This document shows positions 1 to 9,284 of a stretch of 64,000 bases of DNA, in pieces. The stretch covers positions 13,549-77,548 of the IMG/VR virus record IMGVR_UViG_3300028534_000021; one strand, 5' to 3'. How positions within the stretch are numbered: position 1 is the stretch's first letter; each line of letters starts with the position of its first letter. Source of the stretch: a virus. The notes beneath the pieces are model-generated. The model did no database searches. It worked only from the letters and a program-made list of their open reading frames with translations, and was not told the DNA's origin. A program made the translations under genes and the position numbers.

Positions 1-288
1 CATAGAATAATTTCCGAATTATGTGATGTAATTGCTAGACCAAATTTAATAAATTTTGAGGATAGTTTATTTAATTCATATTATAAATTTTATATTCCTG
101 GAAATTATATTTTAAGTACTAAATATAATTTAGGTAGTATTAACCAACCATTTAAAAAGAAAACTATACTAGAATTAAAAAAAGAAGAAATAGTATATAA
201 AATAAATTTATTGAAAGAATATCCAAGTCCTATTATAAAGCTTAATAATTTGGTTGTAAACCAAGAAATAATAATAAAAATATTTTAA
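1..288 (+). CDS. 3' end of a hypothetical protein truncated by the window edge
   Basis: Frame 1 is open from base 1 to TAA at 286-288, directly before the AAGGA RBS of the next gene. Confidence 0.6.
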   Translation, partial: HRIISELCDVIARPNLINFEDSLFNSYYKFYIPGNYILSTKYNLGSINQPFKKKTILELKKEEIVYKINLLKEYPSPIIKLNNLVVNQEIIIKIF

Positions 289-297
289 AGGAAAAGT

Positions 298-1548
298 ATG
301 AACGAATTAAATGAAAATATAGAACGAGATGAAAGTATAGAAAATACTTTTAGAAAAAGAATGGTTTCTATAATTTTCGGAGGAAGCGGATTTATAGGAT
401 TTAACTTAGCTAAAAAATTATGTACCTTGGATAATAATAACGAACATAAGATAATTATAATAGATAAAGTAAAAAATCCAAAATTTGACGAATTTAGAGA
501 AACTTTACAAAATAAAAATAATTTACAATTTTTTCAATTTGATATGGTAAAAGATAATTACTCAGAATTAGAATTTTTAGAAACTTTTTACGAAGAGGAA
601 TTTGGAAATAATATAAATCTTTATTTATTGGCAAGTACAGTTGGACCAGAATTAGTAAAACATCATCATTCGATTGAAGATTATTTATTAAATTTTAATA
701 TTTATAACTATTTGGTTAATTTATTAAATCCAGAAAATAATAAAAAATTAAAATTTAATCGTATAATATTTACTAGTTCTTCTGAAGTATATGGGGAACA
801 AGCAAATATGAACGAAGATGATTTAGTATGTTTAGATGTTACTAAAGATGGTTATAGACCACAATATGCATTACAAAAATTAACCGCCGAGAATCTATTT
901 TTAAATTTAGGTAAAACTTTTAATCAGGATATAATAGTTACTCGATTATTTAATATAGTTGGACCTGATCAAAAAGAAGGTTTCGTACTTTCTAATTTTA
1001 ATCAAATATTTAAAGAGAACTTGGATATTATTAAAACAAATCTTGGACTTATAAAAGATAATAACTCGACTATACAAAATTTAAAACCTTTTAATGTTTA
1101 TGGAGATGGTAAACAAAGTAGAGTGTTTACTGATATTTCGGATACTGTTAACACAATGCATTTACTAAGTACCTATAAAGAATCCGAATCTAATTCAAAA
1201 ATAAAAAACAGCAGAATTATAAATTCTATTATTAATATAGCTTGTATTAAAAATGAAACAAGTATTATTAAATTAGTATATAAATATTTGGAATTTTATA
1301 AATACATTATTCAAAATATTTTAACTCAAGAGGATTTAACCGAAGAACAACAAAAATACTTAAAAAATATTTTAGAAGATATATCTACAAAAGACTCATT
1401 TATTAATTTTATCGAACCAACAGAATCTAATAATATTGGTATTGGAGCTTTAAAAAGAATTCCAACTGTATTTAAATTATATAAAGTGCTTGGCTATAAA
1501 CCAGTAAAAAATTTAAATAATATTATTAGCGATTCTTTATTTGGATAA
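298..1548 (+). CDS. NAD-dependent nucleotide-sugar epimerase/dehydratase (extended SDR)
   Basis: GGSGFIG Rossmann motif, TSSSEVYG, catalytic YxxxK (YALQK), RLFNIVGP, VYGDGKQSRVF. Confidence 0.9.
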   Translation: MNELNENIERDESIENTFRKRMVSIIFGGSGFIGFNLAKKLCTLDNNNEHKIIIIDKVKNPKFDEFRETLQNKNNLQFFQFDMVKDNYSELEFLETFYEEEFGNNINLYLLASTVGPELVKHHHSIEDYLLNFNIYNYLVNLLNPENNKKLKFNRIIFTSSSEVYGEQANMNEDDLVCLDVTKDGYRPQYALQKLTAENLFLNLGKTFNQDIIVTRLFNIVGPDQKEGFVLSNFNQIFKENLDIIKTNLGLIKDNNSTIQNLKPFNVYGDGKQSRVFTDISDTVNTMHLLSTYKESESNSKIKNSRIINSIINIACIKNETSIIKLVYKYLEFYKYIIQNILTQEDLTEEQQKYLKNILEDISTKDSFINFIEPTESNNIGIGALKRIPTVFKLYKVLGYKPVKNLNNIISDSLFG

Positions 1549-2218
1549 CATTGGATATCATATGAAAAAATTAAGTATTTTATGTAATCTTGATAAAAAT
1601 TCTTTATATATAGGAATACGAGAAAATGGAAAAATAATTCATGAACCTATTGAAGATTCTAATTATAAATATTTAGGAGCTATTTTTAACAGTATTGGTA
1701 AATTAAATAAAGATTTACCAATTACTGTTATTTTTGATTTTGGAGATAAAAATACACCATTTGCTTTTTTACTATTATTATTAAAAATAAAAGTAAATAC
1801 TGGAATTAATTTAAATGTTTATATTAATGATAAAGATACTTATGATTTTATAAATGAATTTATAAATACCGATCCAATGAAAACAAAAGAATTTTTTTAT
1901 AAAAATAGTTCTGATATAGATACAAATGCTTTAAATAAAGATGTTAAAGATCCAGAAGATGAAACGGATTGCGAGAAAAATTTAAAAGATAAATTTAAAG
2001 ACCTTAAAGAACAATTAGATAAAGATTTGGAAAATATTAAGAGAACGGATTTTTTAAAAGATTTGGATGTTTCCGAAAATGAGGAAATTACGATGCAGAA
2101 TTTAAGAATTCAAAGGGATTTAAATATTATTGAAAATTTGGCAGAAGATAATTTCGCTGATTTAATGGAAAATAATTTTACAGAGGAATTAAAAAAATTA
2201 AATTTAAGTTTATTTTAA
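1541..2218 (+). CDS. hypothetical protein with acidic coiled-coil C-terminus
   Basis: ORF track; the real start may be ATG at 1562; no recognisable motif. Confidence 0.6.
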   Translation: MDNIGYHMKKLSILCNLDKNSLYIGIRENGKIIHEPIEDSNYKYLGAIFNSIGKLNKDLPITVIFDFGDKNTPFAFLLLLLKIKVNTGINLNVYINDKDTYDFINEFINTDPMKTKEFFYKNSSDIDTNALNKDVKDPEDETDCEKNLKDKFKDLKEQLDKDLENIKRTDFLKDLDVSENEEITMQNLRIQRDLNIIENLAEDNFADLMENNFTEELKKLNLSLF

Positions 2219-2287
2219 CCTTGTATCTTTAGCTATAACAAAAGGATAATTAAAATTAAATTAAACCAAATAATTAAGGAATCAAAT

Positions 2288-3136
2288 ATGTTTCAATCTA
2301 TATCAGAAGAAGCTTATACCTCAAATACTCCTATAAAAATTTTAGAAGAATCTATGGTTCCAGGAAGCACTGATTCAAGATTAATTTTTAGAGCAGTACT
2401 TCAAGAAGCTAATGTTATTAATAATAATAAGAGAATGTACCCAAGTGAGACTTTACAAGCTATCGTTTATCAATTAAGAGATAAAGCTAGAACCCGTAAA
2501 TTACTTGGGGAATTGGATCATCCACAACCTCAAGGGGACATGGCTGCTAAAATGAAAAGAAGTAGTACAATTCTTTTACAAAATGTTTGTGTACTTTTCA
2601 GAAAATTGGATTTTATTGATGGTAAAATCTATGCTGAAGTAGAAACTCTTAATACGCCAAGTGGTCGTATCGTTAGGGATCTTTTAAAAGATAATATTAG
2701 TATTGGATTTTCTTTAAGAGCTTTTGGTAGTACTAAAAATGAAAATGGGGTTACTGTAGTTCTTGCCGATGATATTAAAGGTTTAACTTTTGATGTAGTT
2801 GCGAATCCGTCTCACGACAATGCTTTAATTCAAGAATTCTTATCCGAAGGTGAAGAGGCTTCGGCAAAAGATAAACTTAAAGAATTACTTCAAGAAATGA
2901 CCGAGTACAAGAAAGCTCTTCAGGGCGAGGTTCACCCACAACTTATGGAAGAATCGAGAAGTCTTTTTGAAAGTATTCGAGAAGATGGTAAAGCTGTTAT
3001 GGAAGGGATGACTGGACAAGTGTGTATTAATGGTATATGTATGACTAGACCTCTTAACGAAAGTATCGATTACTTAGTAGAACAATCTCTTAAAATGGAT
3101 ATGGCTAAATATCAAAAAAATATTCGTCTTAAATAA
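2288..3136 (+). CDS. prohead core protease (T4 gp21-like)
   Basis: NxNxRxYP, LGELDHP, LNTPSG, GFSLRAFGS (catalytic Ser), FDVVANPS motifs. Confidence 0.92.
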   Translation: MFQSISEEAYTSNTPIKILEESMVPGSTDSRLIFRAVLQEANVINNNKRMYPSETLQAIVYQLRDKARTRKLLGELDHPQPQGDMAAKMKRSSTILLQNVCVLFRKLDFIDGKIYAEVETLNTPSGRIVRDLLKDNISIGFSLRAFGSTKNENGVTVVLADDIKGLTFDVVANPSHDNALIQEFLSEGEEASAKDKLKELLQEMTEYKKALQGEVHPQLMEESRSLFESIREDGKAVMEGMTGQVCINGICMTRPLNESIDYLVEQSLKMDMAKYQKNIRLK

Positions 3137-3170
3137 TTCTAGAAGCTTAAGCTTCTAGAATTTCCTGTCA
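3135..3170 (+). terminator. hairpin + TCCTGTC element (copy 1 of 10)
   Basis: Perfect 28-bp palindrome AATTCTAGAAGCTTAAGCTTCTAGAATT overlapping the stop codon, followed by TCCTGTCA. Confidence 0.6.
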
Positions 3171-3212
3171 CCTATTTATTAATAAATAACTAACATCACT
3201 CCTACTATATAC

Positions 3213-3243
3213 AGTTATCTTATTTTAAACGATTATAGATATT
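3213..3243 (+). promoter_or_regulatory. putative early-type promoter containing TAGATATT
   Basis: 31 bp repeated with one mismatch at 13286-13316; both lie just upstream of a non-structural gene. Confidence 0.5.
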
Positions 3244-3261
3244 TTACTTAAAGGATATAAT

Positions 3262-4980
3262 ATGATACAAGAATTAAAAAAATTAAAATTTTTAAAAGAT
3301 AATTTAATGTTTAATCAAAGTACTATTAAAAATAGAACTGAAGAACAAAATAATTTTTTAAAAGAATTATATGAAAAATATCCATTTTTAGAAGAATATA
3401 AATTATCATATTTAATAAATATTTTAAAAAAATATAATCCAGAAGATTGCAAATGTTTTTTATCTGAATGTAATCATTCTAGAATTTATATACATAATCA
3501 CAAACGTTTAAGAATCAGTTGTAAAGAACATACTAAACATCCAGAAGTAATTAAAGAATCTAAAAAAATTCGTAAAATAAAAACTCAAAAAACAAACTTA
3601 GAAAAATATGGTGTCGAAAATGTGTCGCAATCTAAAGTTATAAAATTAAAAAAAGAAAAAACTTCTTTAAAAAATTTTGGAATTCGCAATCCACAACAAT
3701 TAAATAAAATAAAAGAAAAAAGAAAAATAAAATATTTTGAAAAAACTGGTTATTATAATCCTAGACAAAATCCAGAAGTAATTCAAACTACTAAAGATAA
3801 TAATATAAAAAAATATGGTTATTCTCATTATATGAAAAATCCAGAATTAAAAAAAGAATTTTTTAATAAACAATTAATTAAAAAAGGGTATATGTATTCA
3901 AGACAACAAAATAGAAAAAATTTTAAAGATTTAAATAAAGAATTTATAATTGATAAATTCTTAAATAAAAAAAAGAATTTTTTATTGAATGAATTTAAAA
4001 CATATTTTGGTTTTTTAGATAATACTGAACCATATAAATATCTTAAAAAATTTAATATACCTTATATTAAATTAACTGGAACTTCTAGAGCAGAAGAAGA
4101 AATTACGGAATATATTTTATCTTTAAATCCAAATATAAAAATTATAAAAAATTCAAGAGATATTATTAAACCACTTGAATTAGATATTTATTTACCGGAA
4201 TATAATTTAGCTATAGAATATAATGGTCTATATTGGCACAGTTATGGTTTAAATAATATCAATGAATCTCAATCCGATTATTTATTTCAGCGCTCAAGAC
4301 ATAAAGAAAAAACAGAATTATGCGAAAGTAAAAATATTAACTTATTTCATATTTTTGAAAATGATTGGAAAGATAAAAAAGAAATTATTAAAAGCATGAT
4401 TAAAAATAAATTGAAATTAAATCAAAATAAAATTTATGCTAGAAAATGCCAAATCAGAGAAATTGATTCAAAAACCCCGAATAATTTTTTAAAAGAAAAT
4501 CATATACAAGGTTCGAGTAATTCGCAATTTAGATATGGTTTATTTTATAATGGGGAATTAGTATCCATTATGACTTTTTCAAAAAGTAGATATAATAAAA
4601 ATTATGATTATGAATTAGTAAGATTCTGTTCCAAAAGAAATTATAATATTATTGGAGCAGCCGGAAAATTATTAAAAAATTTTCAAAAGATATTTAATTA
4701 TCCAAGTATAATTTCTTATGGAAATAGAACTTTTTCAAGTACTAAAAATAATGTTTATTTATCATTAGGATTTAAACATATTAAAAATAATAATCCTGAT
4801 TTAAAATTTATTTCCAAAGACTGTACTCAAATTATACCAAGGGAATATTTTATGAAACATAAGTTAAAAAATATACCAGATTTTATATATCATAAAAATT
4901 TATCAGTTAATGATAATATAGTAAAAAATGGTTATAGAATTTTACATGGTCCTGGAACAGCGGTATATGTTCTTAAATAA
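3262..4980 (+). CDS. Hef-like free-standing homing endonuclease (PD-(D/E)xK/Vsr-type nuclease)
   Basis: N-terminal TNLEKYGVENVSQ-type repeats; PLELDIYLPEYNLAIEYNGLYWHS; KIYARKC/NHIQG/YELVRFCS C-terminal domain. Confidence 0.85.
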   Translation: MIQELKKLKFLKDNLMFNQSTIKNRTEEQNNFLKELYEKYPFLEEYKLSYLINILKKYNPEDCKCFLSECNHSRIYIHNHKRLRISCKEHTKHPEVIKESKKIRKIKTQKTNLEKYGVENVSQSKVIKLKKEKTSLKNFGIRNPQQLNKIKEKRKIKYFEKTGYYNPRQNPEVIQTTKDNNIKKYGYSHYMKNPELKKEFFNKQLIKKGYMYSRQQNRKNFKDLNKEFIIDKFLNKKKNFLLNEFKTYFGFLDNTEPYKYLKKFNIPYIKLTGTSRAEEEITEYILSLNPNIKIIKNSRDIIKPLELDIYLPEYNLAIEYNGLYWHSYGLNNINESQSDYLFQRSRHKEKTELCESKNINLFHIFENDWKDKKEIIKSMIKNKLKLNQNKIYARKCQIREIDSKTPNNFLKENHIQGSSNSQFRYGLFYNGELVSIMTFSKSRYNKNYDYELVRFCSKRNYNIIGAAGKLLKNFQKIFNYPSIISYGNRTFSSTKNNVYLSLGFKHIKNNNPDLKFISKDCTQIIPREYFMKHKLKNIPDFIYHKNLSVNDNIVKNGYRILHGPGTAVYVLK

Positions 4981-5014
4981 TTCTAGAAGCTTGCGCTTCT
5001 AGAATTTCCTGTCG
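4979..5014 (+). terminator. hairpin + TCCTGTCG element (copy 2)
   Basis: AATTCTAGAAGC-TTGC-GCTTCTAGAATT followed by TCCTGTCG. Confidence 0.6.
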
Positions 5015-5027
5015 TTAAAATATACAT

Positions 5028-5086
5028 AAATAACTATCATACGACATATAGTTAACTATCAATACATGTACTATGAATAGTTATTT
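5028..5086. repeat. ATAACTAT/ATAGTTAACTAT/ATAGTTAT palindrome array
   Basis: AAATAACTAT-10 nt-ATAGTTAACTAT-17 nt-ATAGTTATTT. Confidence 0.75.
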
Positions 5087-5152
5087 CTAAAAATTATTTA
5101 AAGCGTTTAGATTTATTTCAAACAAAAGTATATTAAGAAAAGTAAAGGGGAA

Positions 5153-5602
5153 TTGATGACTGAAAAAGATGTTAAAACTAAATTAGAAAATTTTAGAGAT
5201 ACGTATATAAAAAGTTATAATTCTCCAAGTACCCAAATGGATTTAAGAGAACATTTTTATTTAGTCAGAGACGAATCTAAAAATATTCATGAACTTATGG
5301 CTTTAATGTATGATGATATACATAAAGTTATGACTGATAATAAAAATCAAATATTAACTTTATTGGATAAAGCTATTCAGGCGGATACAGAATTATATAA
5401 CTATTTATTAACTATAGAAAAAAATAATAGTAAATTTAATAAACCAAAAAAAGAATGGTATGCTTGGACTAATTTATTTAAAATTCCGGTTCTTCTTGGA
5501 AGTATTATGGCATTATTACTAGCTCTTTATGAAATTGATTCAGAAGCATATAATATAATAATAGATCATATTATGACCGGAATAGAAAAATTTAAAAAAT
5601 AA
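5153..5602 (+). CDS. hypothetical protein with a C-terminal transmembrane segment
   Basis: Hydrophobic IPVLLGSIMALLLALY near the C-terminus; first gene of the two-component cluster. Confidence 0.65.
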   Translation: MMTEKDVKTKLENFRDTYIKSYNSPSTQMDLREHFYLVRDESKNIHELMALMYDDIHKVMTDNKNQILTLLDKAIQADTELYNYLLTIEKNNSKFNKPKKEWYAWTNLFKIPVLLGSIMALLLALYEIDSEAYNIIIDHIMTGIEKFKK

Positions 5603-5618
5603 AAAGAATGGAACAATT

Positions 5619-6356
5619 ATGAATTTAAAAAAATTATTTAAAAAAATAACAGAATATACAAATTATTTTAAAACGAATGGACGAGACGAGTACGAAGAAA
5701 TTGATTATTTAAAACCTATGGATTTAGGTTCAAATAATTACGAAATAGTAGTGCCAGAAATTAATTTAAATAAAGACGCTCCATTTAATAAAGATTTTAA
5801 AACTATTTTTATTATGGATGATTTTGATGGAATGGCAGAATTAATAAAAGACGAATTAAAGCAAGCAAAATGCTGTAATTTAAATGAACATTTTAATATT
5901 GTAGTAAGCACTGGTATTTTTGCCGGTTTTAGTATTAGAAATTTATTACAAGAGAATCCAAATTTAGTAATTGATATAGCTTTTCTAGATATTACCTTAG
6001 GTGGTATTATAAATGGAGAAGAAATTGATGGTATAGATATAGCAATTCTTTTAAAAGAACGTAATCCAGATTGTTTAATTAAGTTCGTAACCGGACATAC
6101 TTTAAATAAACATAATCCAGAGATATTTAAATTTATTTATAAATTTGAATCTACCTTTGGAGTAAAGATGGATGAAATCGAAGAAACAAATTGCCAATCA
6201 AATGGGGAAATTAAACTTTATAAACATATTATAAATAAAACTTCTAATCGTAAAGAATTACTAGAAATTACTTTACATAAATATTTTGATGAATTTATTA
6301 TCAAAAGAAAAGATAAAGCATTTGAAAATGCTAAATGCGATTTACCAGAAAATTAA
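5619..6356 (+). CDS. response regulator receiver-domain protein (no obvious output domain)
   Basis: IFIMDD acidic pocket, DIAFLD phospho-acceptor Asp, DGIDIA, IKFVTGH, late HIINK Lys; directly upstream of a histidine kinase. Confidence 0.8.
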   Translation: MNLKKLFKKITEYTNYFKTNGRDEYEEIDYLKPMDLGSNNYEIVVPEINLNKDAPFNKDFKTIFIMDDFDGMAELIKDELKQAKCCNLNEHFNIVVSTGIFAGFSIRNLLQENPNLVIDIAFLDITLGGIINGEEIDGIDIAILLKERNPDCLIKFVTGHTLNKHNPEIFKFIYKFESTFGVKMDEIEETNCQSNGEIKLYKHIINKTSNRKELLEITLHKYFDEFIIKRKDKAFENAKCDLPEN

Positions 6357-6365
6357 GGATTAATT

Positions 6366-7850
6366 ATGGAAAGTAATAAAATGGGAGCGTGGTACAATGC
6401 CTCCAGTTCAATATTCTTTAAATATATAGGACTGTTAATAATATATACTTTATTAATGGGAGCGGTACTTGGGAATAATTTTCATAATATTATTCATTTA
6501 TATAAAGAAAATTTAAAAAATACAGTTATAAAAACGATAGAAGAATATCAGGAAATAGATTTACAGCATATATGTACCATTTCTAATTGTTCACAAATAG
6601 GTTTTATAAATAGAGATAAATCATATATTGTAAAAAATGGAATTCTTATAAAAAATGAAGCCGATAAAATTATAAATAAACTTTGGGATTTGGAAAATAC
6701 TTGTTTAATAAAAGATAGTTTAAATACAGCGTTTAATAAAGCTGTACATAAAAACATTATAATCACTTTACCAAAATATGATTTATATTTATCTAGTAAT
6801 AGTTATAATATGTTAAATGAATTGTTAAAAGGTTATTTTTTTATTTATCTTATTTTTATAATACCGATTACAATTATATTTTTTATTTATGAATTAAAAA
6901 TATCTAAGCAGAAAGCATTAGATGTTATAAATACAAGTAGTATTCTTAGAGAAAAAAATATGCAAATACTTACTGAAAATATACATCATGAATTAAATAC
7001 ACCAGTCGCTATTATTCAAGGAGCCGTTTTAAAATTAGAACAATCCTTAAAAAAACAATACGACTATTCTAAAAGTTGTTCACGAGTATGCACGTTAACA
7101 AAACATTTTGAAAATATTGATTTTGGAATGATTTATTCGAGTATTGATCAAATTGATACTGTACTACAAAGAATGAGTAATTTTAAAAATCTTAAATATA
7201 GTAATGGTAATAAAACAATATTGGATATTTTAAATTATTCTGCTAATTCCATGAGTATATATAAAGCTGCATATTTTGAAATTATTATAGATGATAATTT
7301 TAGTAATTGGAGTTTAAAACATGGGGAAGGTTATCTGAAGAACGAGGATTTATTAAATATAATATCAAATCATTTGCGAAATAGTATAGAAGCTAGCGCT
7401 ACTAAAATAAATTTGCAAATGAAAATTACTAAGAGTAAAAGAAATAATTCATATAAAATGATGCATATTTTTATAACTGATAATGGTACTGGATTAAGAG
7501 ATCCGGAAACTGGATTATTATTATCTCCAAATAAATATCAAAATATTTTTAAAGATTATTATAGTTCTAAAAATAAAAATGGTAAATCTAAAATTAGAAA
7601 TTCGCAAGGAATTATTTCAGATTCTCTTTTTATACTAAGTACCAAAATTAAAAAAATATTACAGAATCTTAAATTAATTCCTGAAGAACAACAAGAAGAA
7701 AATGTAAGAGGAGTTGGATTATATTTAAATAAAGAATTATTAAGAGACAATCATGGGGATTTAAAATTAAGAGAAACCTCGGAAAAAGGAACCGTATTTG
7801 AAATTATAGTTCCAGTTGTTAAAGCAAAAAAAGGTAAACAATTGAGGTGA
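6366..7850 (+). CDS. membrane-bound sensor histidine kinase
   Basis: Two TM helices flanking an extracytoplasmic domain; H-box HHELNTP, N-box NHLRNSIEA, G1 DNGTG, F-box IFKDYYSSK, G2 RGVGLYL, GTVFEIIVP. Confidence 0.92.
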   Translation: MESNKMGAWYNASSSIFFKYIGLLIIYTLLMGAVLGNNFHNIIHLYKENLKNTVIKTIEEYQEIDLQHICTISNCSQIGFINRDKSYIVKNGILIKNEADKIINKLWDLENTCLIKDSLNTAFNKAVHKNIIITLPKYDLYLSSNSYNMLNELLKGYFFIYLIFIIPITIIFFIYELKISKQKALDVINTSSILREKNMQILTENIHHELNTPVAIIQGAVLKLEQSLKKQYDYSKSCSRVCTLTKHFENIDFGMIYSSIDQIDTVLQRMSNFKNLKYSNGNKTILDILNYSANSMSIYKAAYFEIIIDDNFSNWSLKHGEGYLKNEDLLNIISNHLRNSIEASATKINLQMKITKSKRNNSYKMMHIFITDNGTGLRDPETGLLLSPNKYQNIFKDYYSSKNKNGKSKIRNSQGIISDSLFILSTKIKKILQNLKLIPEEQQEENVRGVGLYLNKELLRDNHGDLKLRETSEKGTVFEIIVPVVKAKKGKQLR

Positions 7851-7853
7851 TAA

Positions 7854-8267
7854 ATGAAAAAATATTTCATATATTTTTGTATAGTTGGGCTATTAATATC
7901 TACCAGTTTCGCTAAAAATATATACAAATATGAATTAGACGATTGCGAACATTATAATAATTATGGTACACCTAATTCAAATAATGTTTATGATAACCGT
8001 TCTCGAGAAAGAGACAAACAAACAATTTACAAATCGTGTACTGTATTATTTAAAGAATATGATATTGATCCAGAAGTTAGATCACCGAATGGATGGCTAA
8101 GAATTTATAAAAGTGGGACGCTATATAATTATTTGCGTATACCTCCATTAAATAAAAATAAAACAAAAATATTAATAAATTGTTTAATAAAAAATGCTTT
8201 TAAGATTGAAAATTACCAAAGAAAAATTGGCAATAAAAAAAATAAGAAGTTATTATATGATAAATAA
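7854..8267 (+). CDS. small exported protein with signal peptide
   Basis: MKKYFIYFCIVGLLISTSFA is a typical Sec signal ending in SFA; three Cys in the mature part. Confidence 0.7.
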   Translation: MKKYFIYFCIVGLLISTSFAKNIYKYELDDCEHYNNYGTPNSNNVYDNRSRERDKQTIYKSCTVLFKEYDIDPEVRSPNGWLRIYKSGTLYNYLRIPPLNKNKTKILINCLIKNAFKIENYQRKIGNKKNKKLLYDK

Positions 8268-8550
8268 ATATATAAAAATATTATTTTCGATAACTCCAAT
8301 TTTTAATATTTTGGTACTTGATTGCAAAGCTTTTGAATATAAATTTGAATATAAAAATGTTAATTATTTAGAAGCCGATGATAAATATCAATACCATAAA
8401 AATTATGCGAAACAAAACATTGATATAAATAATTTAAATGATCCAGATATACAAAAATTAAAAGCAGCTATAGCAGCCCTAAATCATTCAAATATAGATA
8501 CTGATACTACTAAACCAGATGATCCAAACTTTACAAAATTTTGGCAATGA
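8194..8550 (+). CDS. small hypothetical protein, possibly exported
   Basis: Likely start ATG 8257 (MINKYIKILFSITPIFNILVLDCKA), signal-peptide-like, overlapping the previous stop. Confidence 0.55.
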   Translation: MLLRLKITKEKLAIKKIRSYYMINKYIKILFSITPIFNILVLDCKAFEYKFEYKNVNYLEADDKYQYHKNYAKQNIDINNLNDPDIQKLKAAIAALNHSNIDTDTTKPDDPNFTKFWQ

Positions 8551-8653
8551 TATTAAAAACATGTACTGATAATAAAGATTTATATGCTGTCGAAGCGGGT
8601 GGTCTGCTTTAGGTTTAGGAGCTGGTAGATATCTTGGTAAAAAATTAGGTTAG
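8547..8653 (+). pseudogene. possible frameshifted remnant of a glycine-rich protein
   Basis: Reads ...LYAVEAGG in one frame, then SALGLGAGRYLGKKLG* in another; resembles the C-terminus of 8712-9200 (RYGLGKVFG). Confidence 0.3.
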
Positions 8654-8711
8654 TTAATTTATATTTAACTAAAAATAAGAAAAATAATTAAAAATTAACT
8701 AAAGGAAATCT

Positions 8712-9200
8712 ATGATTTTAGAAATAAATAAACGAGTTCTTGTAGAAGAAGCTTTAACTCAGAAACAGAAAGAAATTTACGATACTAATTTAGGCGCTGA
8801 AACTGGTGGAGCAGTTGCACAGGTAGTACCAGTATTTGGTCCTCTTGCAAACACCGGTACTCAAATGTATGGTGGTTATAAAGTTGGAGAACAATTAGAT
8901 CACCCAACTGCCGGAACTTTGCTTGGTCGTGAAGGTGCTCTTGGAGCAGCATCATCGGATGGGAAAAATGATAATATTACTTTAGGGGATGCTTATTCCA
9001 AAGGGAATGTTATGAATAGAGCTATTGATGGAGCAATTGCGGGTGGAATCGCCGGGGCAGCGGCTTCAAGTCGTAATATAGCTGATGCTGATCCAGGTAT
9101 GGTTCTAGGTGGAGCAATTCTAGGTGGAGCTACAGTACCTTTAATAACGCCAGCGTTTAGATACGGACTTGGAAAAGTTTTTGGAAGTAAAAATAAATAA
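8712..9200 (+). CDS. glycine-zipper protein, putative internal head/ejection protein
   Basis: GAIAGGIAGAAA and GGAILGGA glycine zippers; MILEINK...LVEE N-terminus shared with 12850 and 22356. Confidence 0.6.
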   Translation: MILEINKRVLVEEALTQKQKEIYDTNLGAETGGAVAQVVPVFGPLANTGTQMYGGYKVGEQLDHPTAGTLLGREGALGAASSDGKNDNITLGDAYSKGNVMNRAIDGAIAGGIAGAAASSRNIADADPGMVLGGAILGGATVPLITPAFRYGLGKVFGSKNK

Positions 9201-9284
9201 ACAATAGAAAAATCTATATATAACTAAATAAATTTATTCCCGAGTTACAAGCTTAATAGATATTATAAAATAAAAGGTTTTTAA

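Noticed and set aside
4979..5020. Hairpin elements as integron attC sites
   Set aside because: GTT follows only some copies, there is no matching RYYYAAC box or extrahelical-base pattern, and no integrase is in the window.
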